The translations under genes and the position numbers were made by a program. From assembly GCA_951406725.2 (NCBI GenBank), contig OX597825.1:56048001-56112000 (forward strand): a stretch of 64,000 bases of DNA, written 5' to 3'. Numbering within the stretch: the first letter of the stretch is position 1; each line of letters starts with the position of its first letter. A model generated the notes under the pieces. The model worked only from the letters and a program-made list of their open reading frames with translations. It had not been told where the DNA came from and ran no database searches. Shown here one piece after another: positions 1 through 11,949 of the stretch. This stretch comes from Octopus vulgaris (lineage: Eukaryota).

Positions 1-71
1 GTGGAACTGGACTCAGATCCATGTGGTTGGAAAAAGCAAGCTCTTTACCAGACAGCCACGCCTGCGCCTAC
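1..71 (-). mobile_element. tRNA-derived SINE family A, 5' head fragment
   Basis: Reverse complement reads taggcgcaggcgtggctgtctggtaaagagcttgc...ccacatggatctgagtccagttccac, matching the head of the intact copy at 45927. Confidence 0.8.
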
Positions 72-229
72 ACATACACACACACAGCGCGCACGCACAC
101 ACACACATATATATATGTTAGTGTGGGACCGGATGAATTGGTGGCTTTGGAATCCACTTGGCTTTATTATGATCCGACAAGGATACGCTGTCGATCCCGA
201 CAAGTACTCTGCACATTTTACGGTGAAAA

Positions 230-570
230 GCAGGCCGGCAGATTAGCGCTGTAGAATACAAAGTCATGTAAAATGGTAGAGCCGAACCACACACTCGTCA
301 ATCTCGGACAAGGCGAAATGGAGTACGTCGATAAGTCTAAATATCTCAGAAGGTGTATTTGCAGCGACGGTGATACGGATGTTGAAGTCAAGACAAGGAA
401 AGTTAACGCAATGCCAGTATTTCTACTCCTGTCAAAGATCATCTGCTTAAAGATAAATCTACGGCTATCTCCGCCAGTGAAACTTTGGAGAAGACAGCGA
501 AGATAGATACCTCAGTTGCTTGACATGTTCCATTGCTACGGACATAAGAAGCAAGTCTCTATCCTCCATG
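230..570 (+). pseudogene. Degenerate RTE-clade LINE, C-terminal part of the reverse transcriptase region
   Basis: EMEYVDKSKYLRRCICSDGDTDVEVKTRKVNA...KINLRL...LDMFH resembles the RTE motif EEVDKFxYLGSxIxxDGxxDxEVKxRIGKA...KTKLRL...LDxFH; frameshifted. Confidence 0.65.
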
Positions 571-1079
571 TCTTCTTTTGTTCTGCTTATTCCATTTTGT
601 CTTTTTGTGGTATCTATCCCTATCTATGCATGCGTTTGCGCTTGTATTTGGGTGTGTGTGTGTGCGTGTATGTGTGTGTGTGTGATTGTGTGTGTATTTA
701 TATGTTTAGCACGTCTTGTGTATGTGTATATGGATTTATGTATTACACTGTACTTGTGTTTTTTTAAGGGTTAACGAAAGTTTATACAACAAAGGAGTAT
801 GATGAAAAGTAAATATACTAATTTGATTAAATGAGTTTATATCGTTTCTGAACTACATGTTATTGGGAAAATATCTGATGTCTCTACAGATGTAGATGTA
901 TCACTGAATTTGATGAACACAAGACGAGAATGGCTCGTGGTGCTTATTTAATAATTTTGCTGCAAATGAATAGGTGTTACATAAATTATGATGTATATGA
1001 GGTACAGATATATTAATTAGGGGAGGGGAGCAAAATAAGAATCTATGAAACAAAATAAAATAGAAGAACATGATGACAG

Positions 1080-1630
1080 GTTAAAAGTGTTAATTTAATT
1101 AAGTGAGCTAATACCATATCTGCACTACATATCAGAGAAAGTAAAGTGTTAGGTAGCTCTATAGAGGTAGTTGTCTGACTGCATCTGGATTTGTAATAGA
1201 ATTTATGTTTTGAAACATTTATGAGAACAAGAGGGAAATGATTCATGCTGCTTACTTAATGACTGCGCTCGTTTATATGACAGTATCTGTATAGATTCCT
1301 TCACACATAACCAGCATTGAGTATTTTGGCCATGTTATGGAAGGTTCGAGTTAATGATGGATCAGGCTGTGCCATGGACTATATATTTTCCTTAAGGTAA
1401 TGTCTATGTTCTACAAGGGAATTAGATTTACTGTTTTTGCTACTGAAATGAATTTAAATACGCGGAGTATTTTCCTTATGTATAATAGTAACCCCAGTAT
1501 AAACCTTGATGGAGTTTCTGGAGTTTATTTAGGACTGATCATTTATATACAACGCCAACTATTTTTCAACGAGATAGTAGATGACAGTATTTGGCGGTAT
1601 TTGGCTTAGTAATCTTTCTATTTGGTGTAT
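1080..1630 (-). pseudogene. Highly degenerate Penelope-like RT fragment
   Basis: Minus-strand pieces SWRCI*MI and FKFISVAKTVNLIPL*NIDIT resemble PLE RT WxRYVDD and IKFTxExExxxxLPFLDIxI. Confidence 0.35.
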
Positions 1631-1849
1631 TATCATTAGTATAATTAGTACGTGTAGGGGTTTAAGTTAGGTCCTATTGATACGCTCTCCACATATGTAC
1701 CATTCTCCGTGCCATCTGTGCCATTGTTATAAGTATTGATGATAGACGGCATAGGTGTTTCCCTCTCTTGAGAGAAAGTAAATCTGGTTTTATTGATATG
1801 GTTGGAAGTTAGAGAAAAGGACATATTGAAAGCAGGAAAAAAAGAAAAG

Positions 1850-1986
1850 AACTTTACAAGAAGTATAAAAAGGACAAAGAAGCGATACTCAACAAGGGAC
1901 TGCACGATCAATTCCATGTAGCCACAACTGAAGGTGCTGGAGAACATAGGTGGGACTGGTTAAAGAAAGGAACACCTGATAAGGAG

Positions 1987-2027
<41 letters not shown>

Positions 2028-2270
2028 TATGCTTGCAGCACAAGACCAAGCTTTGACCATATAGTGGAAAGTCAGCTTTAGCAATGAGCAAGAGTCTCTG
2101 CAGTGTCGAATTTGTAATGGATTTAACGAAACCAGTACCAATATTGTGAATACATGACCTCGACTTGCTCAAAAGCAATATAAGTTGTGGCGACATAATG
2201 AGGTAGCGAAAGTGCCACATGGGAAACTGTGTGAAAAGTGGGCATTAACGAGAGGCAACAAGTGATATTA
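1850..2270 (+). pseudogene. R4/Dong-clade non-LTR retrotransposon, C-terminal zinc-knuckle region
   Basis: KGLHDQF...WDWLKKGTPDKETE[(GA)n]STMLAAQDQALT...CRICNGFNETSTNIVNT*PRLAQKQYKLWRHNEVAKVPHGKLCEK matches the R4/Dong pattern LHGQF..WLKKG.LKKETE..AAQDQAL..CR.C....ET..HI...C..LAQ..Y..RH..VA..H..LC; in-frame stops. Confidence 0.85.
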
Positions 2271-2279
2271 ACATAAATC

Positions 2280-2410
2280 AGAGAACGTGGCTGATCGGAG
2301 AACACGTGGAGCTTTAGGTATTTTTTGCTCAATAAACACTTACAGCACCCGGTCTGGGAATCGAATTCGCGATCTTGCGACAGCGAGTCCGCTGTCCTAA
2401 CCAATGAGCC
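2280..2410 (-). mobile_element. tRNA-derived SINE family E head
   Basis: Reverse complement ggctcattggttaggacagcggactcgctgtcgcaagatcgcgaattcgattcccagaccgggtgc has A/B-box-like motifs; same family as 5623. Confidence 0.75.
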
Positions 2411-2431
2411 AATAAAAACTTGAGTTAATGG

Positions 2432-2450
2432 AATAATAATAATGATGATG

Positions 2451-2514
<64 letters not shown>

Positions 2515-2789
2515 GACCTTAAAAACTTCTTCATTATCTCCTCTTGATCATTTTTTTATTTCTTTTTCTTTTGGTTATGTGATGACGAGCGTGGATGGAA
2601 ATCTGTTGGAACATTCCGGGTTTGGAGTACTTCAAGCTGCTGTCTTTCGGGAAGATTTGAACCAGTAGCTGATTTTTCACACCCAGTCTGGTTCCTCACT
2701 GGCTCCAAATATATGGCACTAACTTGTCTCTTGAGGTCTCAGGGTGAGACTTGGACTCAAATTGTACAAATACAAAGCAAATTTTAAAC

Positions 2790-2879
<90 letters not shown>

Positions 2880-2885
2880 CAATAA

Positions 2886-2916
<31 letters not shown>

Positions 2917-2917
2917 T
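2432..2917 (+). repeat. Two long (TAA)n microsatellites (2432-2514, 2792-2917) with a probable R4/Dong 3' end (about 2720-2791) directly before the second
   Basis: Perfect TAA runs are seen directly. The segment cttgtctcttgaggtctcagggtgagacttggactc...tacaaagcaaattttaaacat running into (TAA)n is called a Dong-type 3' end from memory only. Confidence 0.7.
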
Positions 2918-3489
2918 AACGGAACCCATAACAAAACCAAACAAAAGAGCGGCGGACGGATAATCATAAATACTGTACTATGTTCTCCGTTTTTTGACTA
3001 CAGAATACGAACAAAATCAAAAATATTAATTCTATATTTTCCCTTTACTTTTTACTTTCCTACAATATAATTAATTACCGTATCCGATATACTGTGTCCT
3101 TGCAAATTTCAGAAATATTGTCATCCTTTAAACAAAACAGTCTAATACATTCGTAAATGTTTTTTAATTGAAACACTCTGAATCATTTTGGAAATTTATT
3201 GTTTTAATAAAAATTTTAAAATATGGATAATCGCATGGGGAACGCAAGACGAGAACAGTTGTGCAAGGAACAGTGTGAGGAAATAAGGAATCAAAATCGC
3301 ACGCGGATGATACAGAGAAGGAACGAAATAAGCCAAGGGGAGAGGAAGCGTATCCTACGGCATAGGCGGGAAAGGAATCAGCAAATAATAGAACAAATGA
3401 GCCAGGACCAAAGACAAGTGTATTTTCAAAATAAGAGAGATCGTGATCAACAGGATCAAGAACACATGGGACAAGATAAAAGGCAGCTG

Positions 3490-3795
3490 TACTTAAAATA
3501 TGAGAAACAGATCTCTCTCGGCATACCAGCAAACCACAAAATCGCACCAGCCAACATCACCACAACCTCCAAGCCTAGATCGTTAGCCACTATACACATT
3601 TTTTTCTCTTCTTTCTTTCTCTCCTTCTTTTTTCTCTCCTTTTTTTCTCACCTTTTTTTCTCTCCTTGTTTCTCTCCTTGTTTTTTCTGTGTTCCCTTTG
3701 TGTAGAAGAGCGTAGGCTCGAAACGTAAAAGACTTTTTCTCTTCCTGAGCGTTATACTAATACATCTGTTTGTTTTGTACACCACGTGTCTCCGG
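3490..3795 (+). mobile_element. Penelope-like pseudo-LTR fragment with variant hammerhead motif
   Basis: cttt-gtgtaga-a-gagc gtag gctc-GAAA-cg-TA-aaag at about 3696-3731; same family on the minus strand at 40915-41055. Confidence 0.6.
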
Positions 3796-3802
3796 AAACT
3801 CT

Positions 3803-3844
<42 letters not shown>

Positions 3845-3849
<5 letters not shown>

Positions 3850-4375
3850 TTAAGAAATGGAGTTAAACGCAGGTGTTATTCAAATCTTTATATTTCCGAC
3901 ATATGTCAAACGCTTTTAAGCTTATTTCCACCCATCTATCGCACTATATTTCTCTACTCTTAATTTTCTGTCAATTTCTTTTTTCCTCCAACTTCCCTTT
4001 CTCTAAATTGCCTTTGACGTTAAATCTATTAAGGGTTTTTTAAAAAGTAACTTGCTAGATTTCCCCTTCATCATATTCGTGGTAATCACCATCGGTTAAA
4101 ATGGCTTATTGATGATCACATTGTTTTATATCATTTTATTCCTTCAGGAATTATACCAATGTTTTCTTCGAAACATATGTCAAAAGTATAAAGATTTGAA
4201 TAATACCTGCTTTTAACTCCATTTCTTAATTTATCTATATATTCAAAAACAATTCACTAAACCCAGGAATTTTTACCTTTATAAGTAAGCTGTAACATTC
4301 TTGGCACTTATGCGAATTTTTGCTACCCAGGTAACTATTTATTTACTTTTTCTGTGTTTTATTTGTACACATTGG
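3845..4375 (+). mobile_element. Penelope-like fold-back insertion (arms 3845-3906 and 4173-4234) with degenerate hammerhead at 4105-4186
   Basis: Inverted arms seen directly; tTGATGA..acattg..caatgt..cttc GAAA c ATAT g TC aaaag; shares gaattttgctacccaggta with 5469 and, reverse-complemented, 19942. Confidence 0.7.
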
Positions 4376-4389
4376 AAAAATACACATAC

Positions 4390-4424
<35 letters not shown>

Positions 4425-4464
4425 TAAATGAAAGAATGGAGTCGAACGAAGATGTTAACAAAAT

Positions 4465-4560
4465 TCCTTTACTCTCGACACTTGTTTCGAAGACAGCATA
4501 TTTTCATTCCGAAGGAATAAAGGGTGCATTATGCAATCTTCTCATCAGGGAAGAAAAGGA
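4465..4560 (-). ncRNA. Type-I hammerhead ribozyme motif (pLTR copy 1)
   Basis: Reverse complement: tccttttcttcc CTGATGA gaagattgcata...tatgctgtcttc GAAA c aagt g TC gagagtaaagga. Confidence 0.75.
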
Positions 4561-5250
4561 GCCTCTCTCAACAACAAGACAACCAAAAATTTCGATGATT
4601 GCCTACATAGTAACCAAAGCGATAATGAATGTTTTTTTTAAAAAATCGTTATAAGCATTGACGTCAAAAATGGATAGTAGGAGGAAGTAAAAAATAGGTA
4701 GGGGACAGTATGTTTGCAGTATGTATGGAAATGTGTGGGTGTGTGCTTGTGTTAATGAGTGCGAGTGTTTGTGTGTGTGTGTGTGTGTATGTGTGTGTGT
4801 ATATAACTGCATTTGTGTCTGTGTGTGTGATTGTGTGTGTGAGAGATAGACATACGTCAAAGGTAGGTAGTAGTAAAGGAATATATAAAGGAGTAATAGG
4901 TAGGGAAGGGGAAGTGTACATTGATTGAAAGAATGCTCGGAGGCTTAGGAAAGAATTTCTCTATAGCAGTGGTGTGGACGTGAAGGTAATTGTTAAAACC
5001 ACAGTGACTATCGTTATCATTTATATGAGTAGAAAGTGTGTTTACATTTGTACGATTTTTACATTTGTACGATTTTTCTATGAGTGTGTTTACTAGGGGA
5101 ACCTTAGCGAAAAGAATATGGAAGAGCTCAGAGTTACAAATGTTACAAAATCTCCTGCCCTTATCAAAAGGAAAGGATACAAACAATATGAACCAATCCA
5201 ACTTGTAGGCAATCATCGAAATTTTTGTTTGTCTTGTTGTTGAGAGAGGC

Positions 5251-5346
5251 TCCTTTTCTTTCCTGATGAGAAGATTGCATAATGCACCCTTTATTCCTTC
5301 GGAATGAAAATATGCTGTCTTCGAAACATGTGTCGAGAGTAAAGGA
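5251..5346 (+). ncRNA. Type-I hammerhead ribozyme motif (pLTR copy 2), predicted cleavage after C5334
   Basis: Stem I tccttttctttc/gagagtaaagga (11 of 12 pair, counting G-U); CTGATGA 5263-5269; stem II gaagattgcata/tatgctgtcttc; GAAA 5323-5326; stem III c-atgt-g; GUC site. Confidence 0.85.
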
Positions 5347-5543
5347 ATTTTGTTAACATCTTCGTTCGACTCCATTCTTTCATTTATTCATATACAACAC
5401 ACAAATTTCTACACATGAACCCGGAGTTTCTACCCTTGACAGGTCGCTTTAACCGTGTTTTCTGACGTGAATTTGCTACCCGGGTTTCGGTTAAACGAAT
5501 TTTCCATGCTGACGATGAACATAGGATATTTCATTCACCTACT

Positions 5544-5616
<73 letters not shown>

Positions 5617-5622
5617 GTATAT

Positions 5623-5890
5623 GGAGGTGCAATGGCCCAGTGGTTATGGCAGCGGACTCGCGGTTTCGATTCCCAGACCGGGCGTTGTGTGTTTATTGAG
5701 CGAAAATACCTAAATCTCCACGAGTGGTTGTGGCGATCACTGCTGTACTCTTTCGCTACAACTTTCTCTCACTATTTCTTCTATTGGCATGCTCGCTTAG
5801 CCAGCGGGATGGCGTTATTCGGAGCGCATTGTGACCAGCGATGTGTAGCAACATCTGATAGCCTTGTCGGTCATGGTGATCACGGTGATA
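5623..5890 (+). mobile_element. tRNA-derived SINE family E
   Basis: ggaggtgcaatggcccagtggttatggcagcggactcgcggtttcgattcccagaccggg head with A box (tggcccagtgg) and B-box-like motif; inserted in (TA)n. Confidence 0.8.
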
Positions 5891-5954
5891 TATATATGTA
5901 TGTATGTACGTACACATGTATGCATGTATGTATGTATATACTCATGTGCATGTG

Positions 5955-6075
5955 TGTTTGTATCTGTTTGTCCCCACCACAACCATTGCTGACAACTGAT
6001 GGTGGTGTGTTTGTGTCCCTGTAACCTAGCTGTTCAGCAGAAGAGACCGAGAGAATAAGCACCAGGCTTATAGAG
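5955..6075 (+). mobile_element. SINE family A, 3' half fragment
   Basis: tgtttgtcccc...gacaactgatggtggtgtgtttgtgtccctgtaacctagc...gagaccgagagaataagc matches 46130-46230. Confidence 0.75.
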
Positions 6076-6152
6076 AATATATATACATACATAGCAACAT
6101 AGATACATACATACATACATACGTACATACATACACATACATACACATACAT

Positions 6153-6209
<57 letters not shown>

Positions 6210-6517
6210 CATATATATATATATATATATACATATATACACCACAGTTATTCACGGATTTCCAAATGAAATTTCATTAATACGATAGATTGACTATCTA
6301 AATCTAGTACAAGTTTAATACTCAGTGACAACTGATTTCCGTCTTCTTAGGGTAAATACCTAATCTTTGCTGTTTTCACAGCTATACTGCATTTGAAACT
6401 CACTTTCTTCTCTATAAAATACCAAAACATTAGGCGGCTTCCAAAGTTTGTTTATAAAATGCTCTCACGTTCGAAATGCTAATATATAGCATTAAAATTG
6501 ACGCTAACTGTTTGTCA

Positions 6518-6593
6518 GGGGCCGTTTAGCTTGATAGTTAAGAGAGCTTAGCCGGTATCTGAAAGGTAGAGGGTTCTTCTCCCCGTAGTGGCC
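6518..6593 (+). pseudogene. tRNA-like sequence (degenerate tRNA or SINE head)
   Basis: ggggccgtttagcttgatagttaagagagc...gagggttcttctccccgtagtggcc has A-box and T-arm-like parts, but the stems pair poorly. Confidence 0.4.
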
Positions 6594-7543
6594 TGTTGGA
6601 AACTAAAAAAAAAACACAACACTTTCGTCAGCCCTAGACTCACCCGCATAACACTCGATCGAATCTCAAGCAGATAAAGAACAATGAAGCCTACAACTCA
6701 CCTCTAACAAATTCTATAGATTATACTATTTTGCCTAAGAAATGCAGAGGTAGATCGATTCTCTGGTTTACACCCCTGTGGATTATGAATAAAAGAAGCC
6801 TTTCAAATATTATTATGTAATTCACCGCAATTACTAAATATACAAAACAAAGCTTTTTCTACATGTCATAAGTTCTATCACACCTTTAAATTCTTCCATA
6901 GGTCCAAATGCAAACAAAATTTGCACGCATAACACATCCATCTACGATCGTTAAATATATGTGTATATATATATATGTATATATATGTATGTGTGTGTAT
7001 GTCAGTATATGTATTATATATGTATGTGTGTATATGTGAGCGCCTTGTATGTATGCTTAAGTGCATATATGTATATGTATGTGTTAGGTTTTAAATTTTA
7101 ATTTTCAATTTTAAGTTTAATTCTTAATCCTTTATTTCATGTCATTTGATGGCTATGAAGCTTGGAATACAATCATAAATATTTTCACTAAACTATTGTT
7201 CCATAACCTTGCCTAGATTGGCATTCTACTCCCACTCCACTGAAAATTTAAGGCTTAACCTCTAACCACTATACAATACTGACATATCCATATCGTAACC
7301 TTTACTTTTATTTATTAATTTTTATCTTTACCCTGTTACCTCTGTCTTATTTTATTTTATTCCCTTTCTCCTCTCTCCCGTACACACTCAGTCAGAAAAC
7401 TCAATTAGGATATATCAGTCATTACCTTTTATTTTATTTTATGACTTTTATTATTTTTATTTTTATTTCATTCTTATTTTTCCCTTTAATCACTATCCTA
7501 TTCAAATCCTTTCTCCTGTCTCTCTTTCACTCCTTTTCCTCTA

Positions 7544-7584
<41 letters not shown>

Positions 7585-7589
7585 TGCAT

Positions 7590-8090
7590 CCACTCACAAA
7601 ACACATTCCTGTCCATCATACTTTCTTGCTCTATATACACATTTACAATATGAATACATCACTGAGTATACTGCCAAAATACTGCATGGATTTACATGGG
7701 ATTTTAACTAAAAACCTGTACCTTCATGGAAGTACCGACCAACAACCATATCCTCCGGAAAAGACGAGTTGTGAACATTATTCTCCTGCCTATATTATTC
7801 TATCTACTTTTAGTCTTTATTCTTGTATTGAACTACTTCATTCTGCTATTTTATTCCTTATAAACTAAATTTTATTTCTTATAAACTGAACATTTTCCCC
7901 GTCTAAAATGTTCATACCTTGTCTCTGATGACGGAATACCCAGTGCTCGGACATGCTAACCAAACACATGTGTTATCTCAGAAACCGCTGTAAGATTTCA
8001 TATTCATCTTACCCCTAATTAAATTATTCTAAATGGCTTGAGATATTTGTGAACTAAACCCCTCACAAGTGAACTAAGCCCCTAAGATAT
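7590..8090 (+). mobile_element. Penelope-like 3' region/pLTR remnant with degenerate hammerhead at 7921-7996
   Basis: gtct CTGATGA cggaatac...tatctca GAAA c cgct g TA agat; same subfamily as 36147 and 36722. Confidence 0.6.
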
Positions 8091-8104
8091 ATATATAACT
8101 ATTA

Positions 8105-8304
8105 GGGCGGCGAACTGGTAGAATCGTTAGCACGCCGGGCGAAGTGCTTAGCGGTATTTCGTCTGTCGTTACGTTCTGAGTTCAAATTCCTTTCGGGGTT
8201 GATTAAATAACTATTAGTTACGCACTGGGTTCAATATTATCGACTTAATCCCTGTGTCTCTCCTTGTTTGTCCCCTCTATGTTTAGCCCCTGTGGGTGAT
8301 AAAG

Positions 8305-8308
<4 letters not shown>
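8105..8308 (+). mobile_element. tRNA-derived SINE family B
   Basis: gggcggcgaactggtagaatcgttagcacgccgggcgaagtgcttagcggtatttcgtctgtcgttacgttctgagttcaaattcc head; many copies in the window. Confidence 0.85.
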
Positions 8309-8360
<52 letters not shown>

Positions 8361-8929
8361 CGTATTCTGCTTACTCAGTTGGTCGAATAAACCATCCGTA
8401 AGGTAATACTTAAACTCCCAATCAAGAGGCGTATTGTGAAATTGACTCTACTCTAAACATTGAGTTCCTTATCAGTAAATGTTTCTTTGTTATTCTTGAA
8501 CATTCTTTAAAATAATGCCTCCATTTAACGTTTATACATATTTATACATGCCTGCTTATACATACATATATATAAATATAAATATATACGTAAACAGGTG
8601 TCTATAAACTTTTATATGATATGCTTTGCAATTTTTGCAACGTATATATGGACCTTCTGGATAAAAATGGATTACTGCCTCTGTTCTTATTGCCATTGTT
8701 GTTGCTGTTGATGTCGTCAACGCAGCTATGAGAGTGTTGTTGTCGTGTGTTGTTGCGGGGGAAGATAAATCTCATATTAAAGATGAGAATAAAGAAAGAA
8801 ACAAAATAAGAGAAAACATAAGGAATATATGAAGATAAAGAGTAGTGGTGGTGTTGTTATGGTGACATTTGTATTGTTGCTAATGCTTGGAAACTGCAAT
8901 TAGCCAAAAGAAAAGAAACTGTTTATACA

Positions 8930-8967
8930 CATGTGTACCAGCGTATATGCATATACGTTTGTATGTG

Positions 8968-9041
<74 letters not shown>

Positions 9042-9111
9042 TACATATATATGTATTTAAGTAGATATGTACATACATATGTATCTAAAACTTCATATGT
9101 GTGTGTTTGTA

Positions 9112-9166
<55 letters not shown>

Positions 9167-9225
9167 GTACGTGTATGAGTGTGTATAATTATATATATGT
9201 GCATATGTGCATATATATGTATATA

Positions 9226-9264
<39 letters not shown>

Positions 9265-9574
9265 TCCAGTGTGTATACGCACTCTCAAACGTCTATATAT
9301 CTCAATATATGTATATATATATATGTGTGTGTGTGTGTGCGTGCGTGTTCGTTAGTATGCATAAGTGAGTGTATATACACGTGTGTATGTGCGTGTGTAT
9401 GTGTACGTGTGTTTGTGTGTGTGTGTGTTTGTGTGTTTGTGTATAATTATGTATTTCTTCATCGATCGCAATTCATCACAACGAACATAGAAGGCAACGA
9501 GAATTATTACAGCCAAACCCCAACACCGACTCCATCATCATCATCAGCAGCAGCAACTGCATCTTCACTGAACG

Positions 9575-9607
<33 letters not shown>

Positions 9608-9958
9608 TTGTATGTATGTACGTATATCCGAGTAGCAGTAAATATCTATATGAATGAGTGAGTATAGGTGGGTTTCCAGTGTGTCGTTATGTATGTAAAC
9701 ATGAGTACAAGTCGATATCAAATGGTTTTCTTTCATCTCACCAGTAATGAATTGTTAAGCGAGCACCTGCTGCTATTAAGATTTGTTAGGTAAATCTATT
9801 TATTACACATTAATTAATAACCAGTCATAAAAGATTTTACGTATTTCTTAATTGCATCTTCTCTGTACATACATATGTTACTACATATGGATATACATTT
9901 ATGTGTGTCATGTGCTTATATATATATATGTGTGTGTACATATATGTATATATATATA

Positions 9959-9997
<39 letters not shown>

Positions 9998-10631
9998 ATA
10001 CACATATATATATATGTTTATGTAGTTATATATGCATATTTATTTATACATATATATATAATTTGCATATAAATATAATTTATATATGTATATATATGTG
10101 TGTATGTATGTGTACATATATATTCATGCATATATATTTATGCATATATATATATACATATATGTGTGTGTATATATACATAAAAATATATATATGTGTA
10201 TGTGTGTGTGCTTACGCATATGTGTGCGGGAGTCAGTGTGTGTGTGTGTATTTGTGTGTCTATGTATGCATATGCATGCATTTGTATGTCTGTATGCGTA
10301 ACATTCTGACATAAGAAACTTGGTTTGAACACATGCATGCAGAGAAATCTGTGCATAGACATGCACATATACACACACACGCACTCACACACACCTATGT
10401 TATATATAATTTATATATCTATGTATGTATATAAAATTTGCGCTATTAAATATGCGCACATAATAGCCGATACATTTCTGTGTATGTATGCATCTCTTAA
10501 TACGCATGTAAGGTGGCATGTGTGTATATTTATGTATATAAATATGTAATTATGTAATATATTTATACATATACATACATTTATATATGTATATATATGT
10601 GTATATATATATGTGTATATATATATATATC

Positions 10632-10677
<46 letters not shown>

Positions 10678-11029
10678 CATGTGTGTGTGTATGCACATAC
10701 GTAGCCACTCTCGCATGTACTAATATATATTTCTGTGGAAAACAATAAGCTAATGCCCACGGCTGTCAAGGGAAAGAACTGCAGAAACGAAGCCATATTG
10801 GATCATATTCTGTAAATGAATCGAGGTGGAGTGCTACTGCTCGTGATGGTCGCCTTTGATGTTTTGAATTCGGCCACTATTGGCTATTGGGGTTTGATTG
10901 ACACAGCCAACCTCATCGATGGATAGGATATCCTCTGCTGCTGGATCCTATGCTTCCTCAATACAAGTAGGGACTTGCAAATTATGCCTGGCATTATAAC
11001 CGAAAGCATAGTTTGCAGTATATATATAT

Positions 11030-11101
<72 letters not shown>

Positions 11102-11273
11102 GTATTCTTTTCTTCTTTTACTTGTTTCAGTCATTTGACTACGGACATGTTGAAGCACCGCCTTTAGTCGAGTAAATCGCCCCCAGGACTTATTCTTTGG
11201 GAATCTAGTACTTATTCTATCGGTTTCTTTTGTTGAAACGTTAAATTTCGCTGACCTAAACACACCAACACTG

Positions 11274-11333
<60 letters not shown>

Positions 11334-11393
11334 ACAGTGTGCATATAATTATATATGTGTATATATATATATACACCAATGTTGGTGTATATA

Positions 11394-11424
<31 letters not shown>

Positions 11425-11445
11425 GTACGTGTGTGTATATATAGT
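8930..11445. repeat. Compound (TA)n/(TG)n/(TATG)n microsatellite field with short unique islands
   Basis: Direct inspection; accounts for the Y/I/C/V/M-only ORFs. Confidence 0.9.
11105..11277 (-). mobile_element. SINE family A, 3' half
   Basis: ttttacttgtttcagtcatttgactacggacatgttgaagcaccgcctttagtcgag is the reverse complement of the family A tail. Confidence 0.85.
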
Positions 11446-11949
11446 TGTTGCCATATTAAAATAACAATGCAAAGAGAGTTGGTATTATGTCATATTATCA
11501 TTATAAGAAGAATGAGAATGGTCAACGTAGGACATACAAAACGGAAAGCTGGTACGCTGTCTAAGTACTGCATTTGACGTGCCTGTGCAACTGAATACGT
11601 GTAAAACATTTGTGCTCCAAGGTTATACTGCAATAAAGAGCGAGCCGCCTTGATCTTATAAAACGAGTTGGTTTCAGAAAATTAAAGGGTTTGATTTTAA
11701 ATTTGATCGTGTCCTGTAAAGGAAGTACGAAGTTGGCACTTGATAGGAGAGGTTTGAAATATGACTGACTTAGGTCATCGGGAGACGCTCGAGGACGGCC
11801 ATATTTGGTATGTTTAGTAACAAATTCTACTTTGTCTTACGCTACCTGGATGGTATTCGACTTATAAGGATAGCGGAGGAATAGTGAAGCAGTGATTGGA
11901 TAAACTTGAGAGGAAAGAAAAAATGTATTAATCATGGAGTTGACAGACA

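Larger units (their letters stand above)
4417..5547 (-). mobile_element. 5'-truncated Penelope-like element with inverted 5' pseudo-LTR (about 191-bp arms, 4417-4607 and 5204-5394)
   Basis: Near-identical inverted arms. The internal minus-strand peptide YKLDWFILFVSFPFDKGRRFCNICNSELFHILFAKVPLVNTLIEKSYKCK resembles the PLE C-terminus WxILxxxxPYxxGxxxCNLCxxEKxxIL...LN. Flanked by (TA)n. Confidence 0.85.

Noticed and set aside
4436-5375. Duplicated small gene MESNEDVNKIPLL on opposite strands
   Set aside because: It is the antisense reading of the two inverted pLTR arms; the conserved feature is RNA structure on the other strand.
10770-11000. Possible coding exon in a GC-richer island
   Set aside because: The frames I read close within about 40 codons, with no recognisable motif and no convincing splice pair.
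8931-11472. Numerous long ORFs ([12 protein letters not shown], poly-I/N/Y) here and across the window
   Set aside because: They are stop-free readings of di-, tri- and tetranucleotide microsatellites with no protein-like composition.
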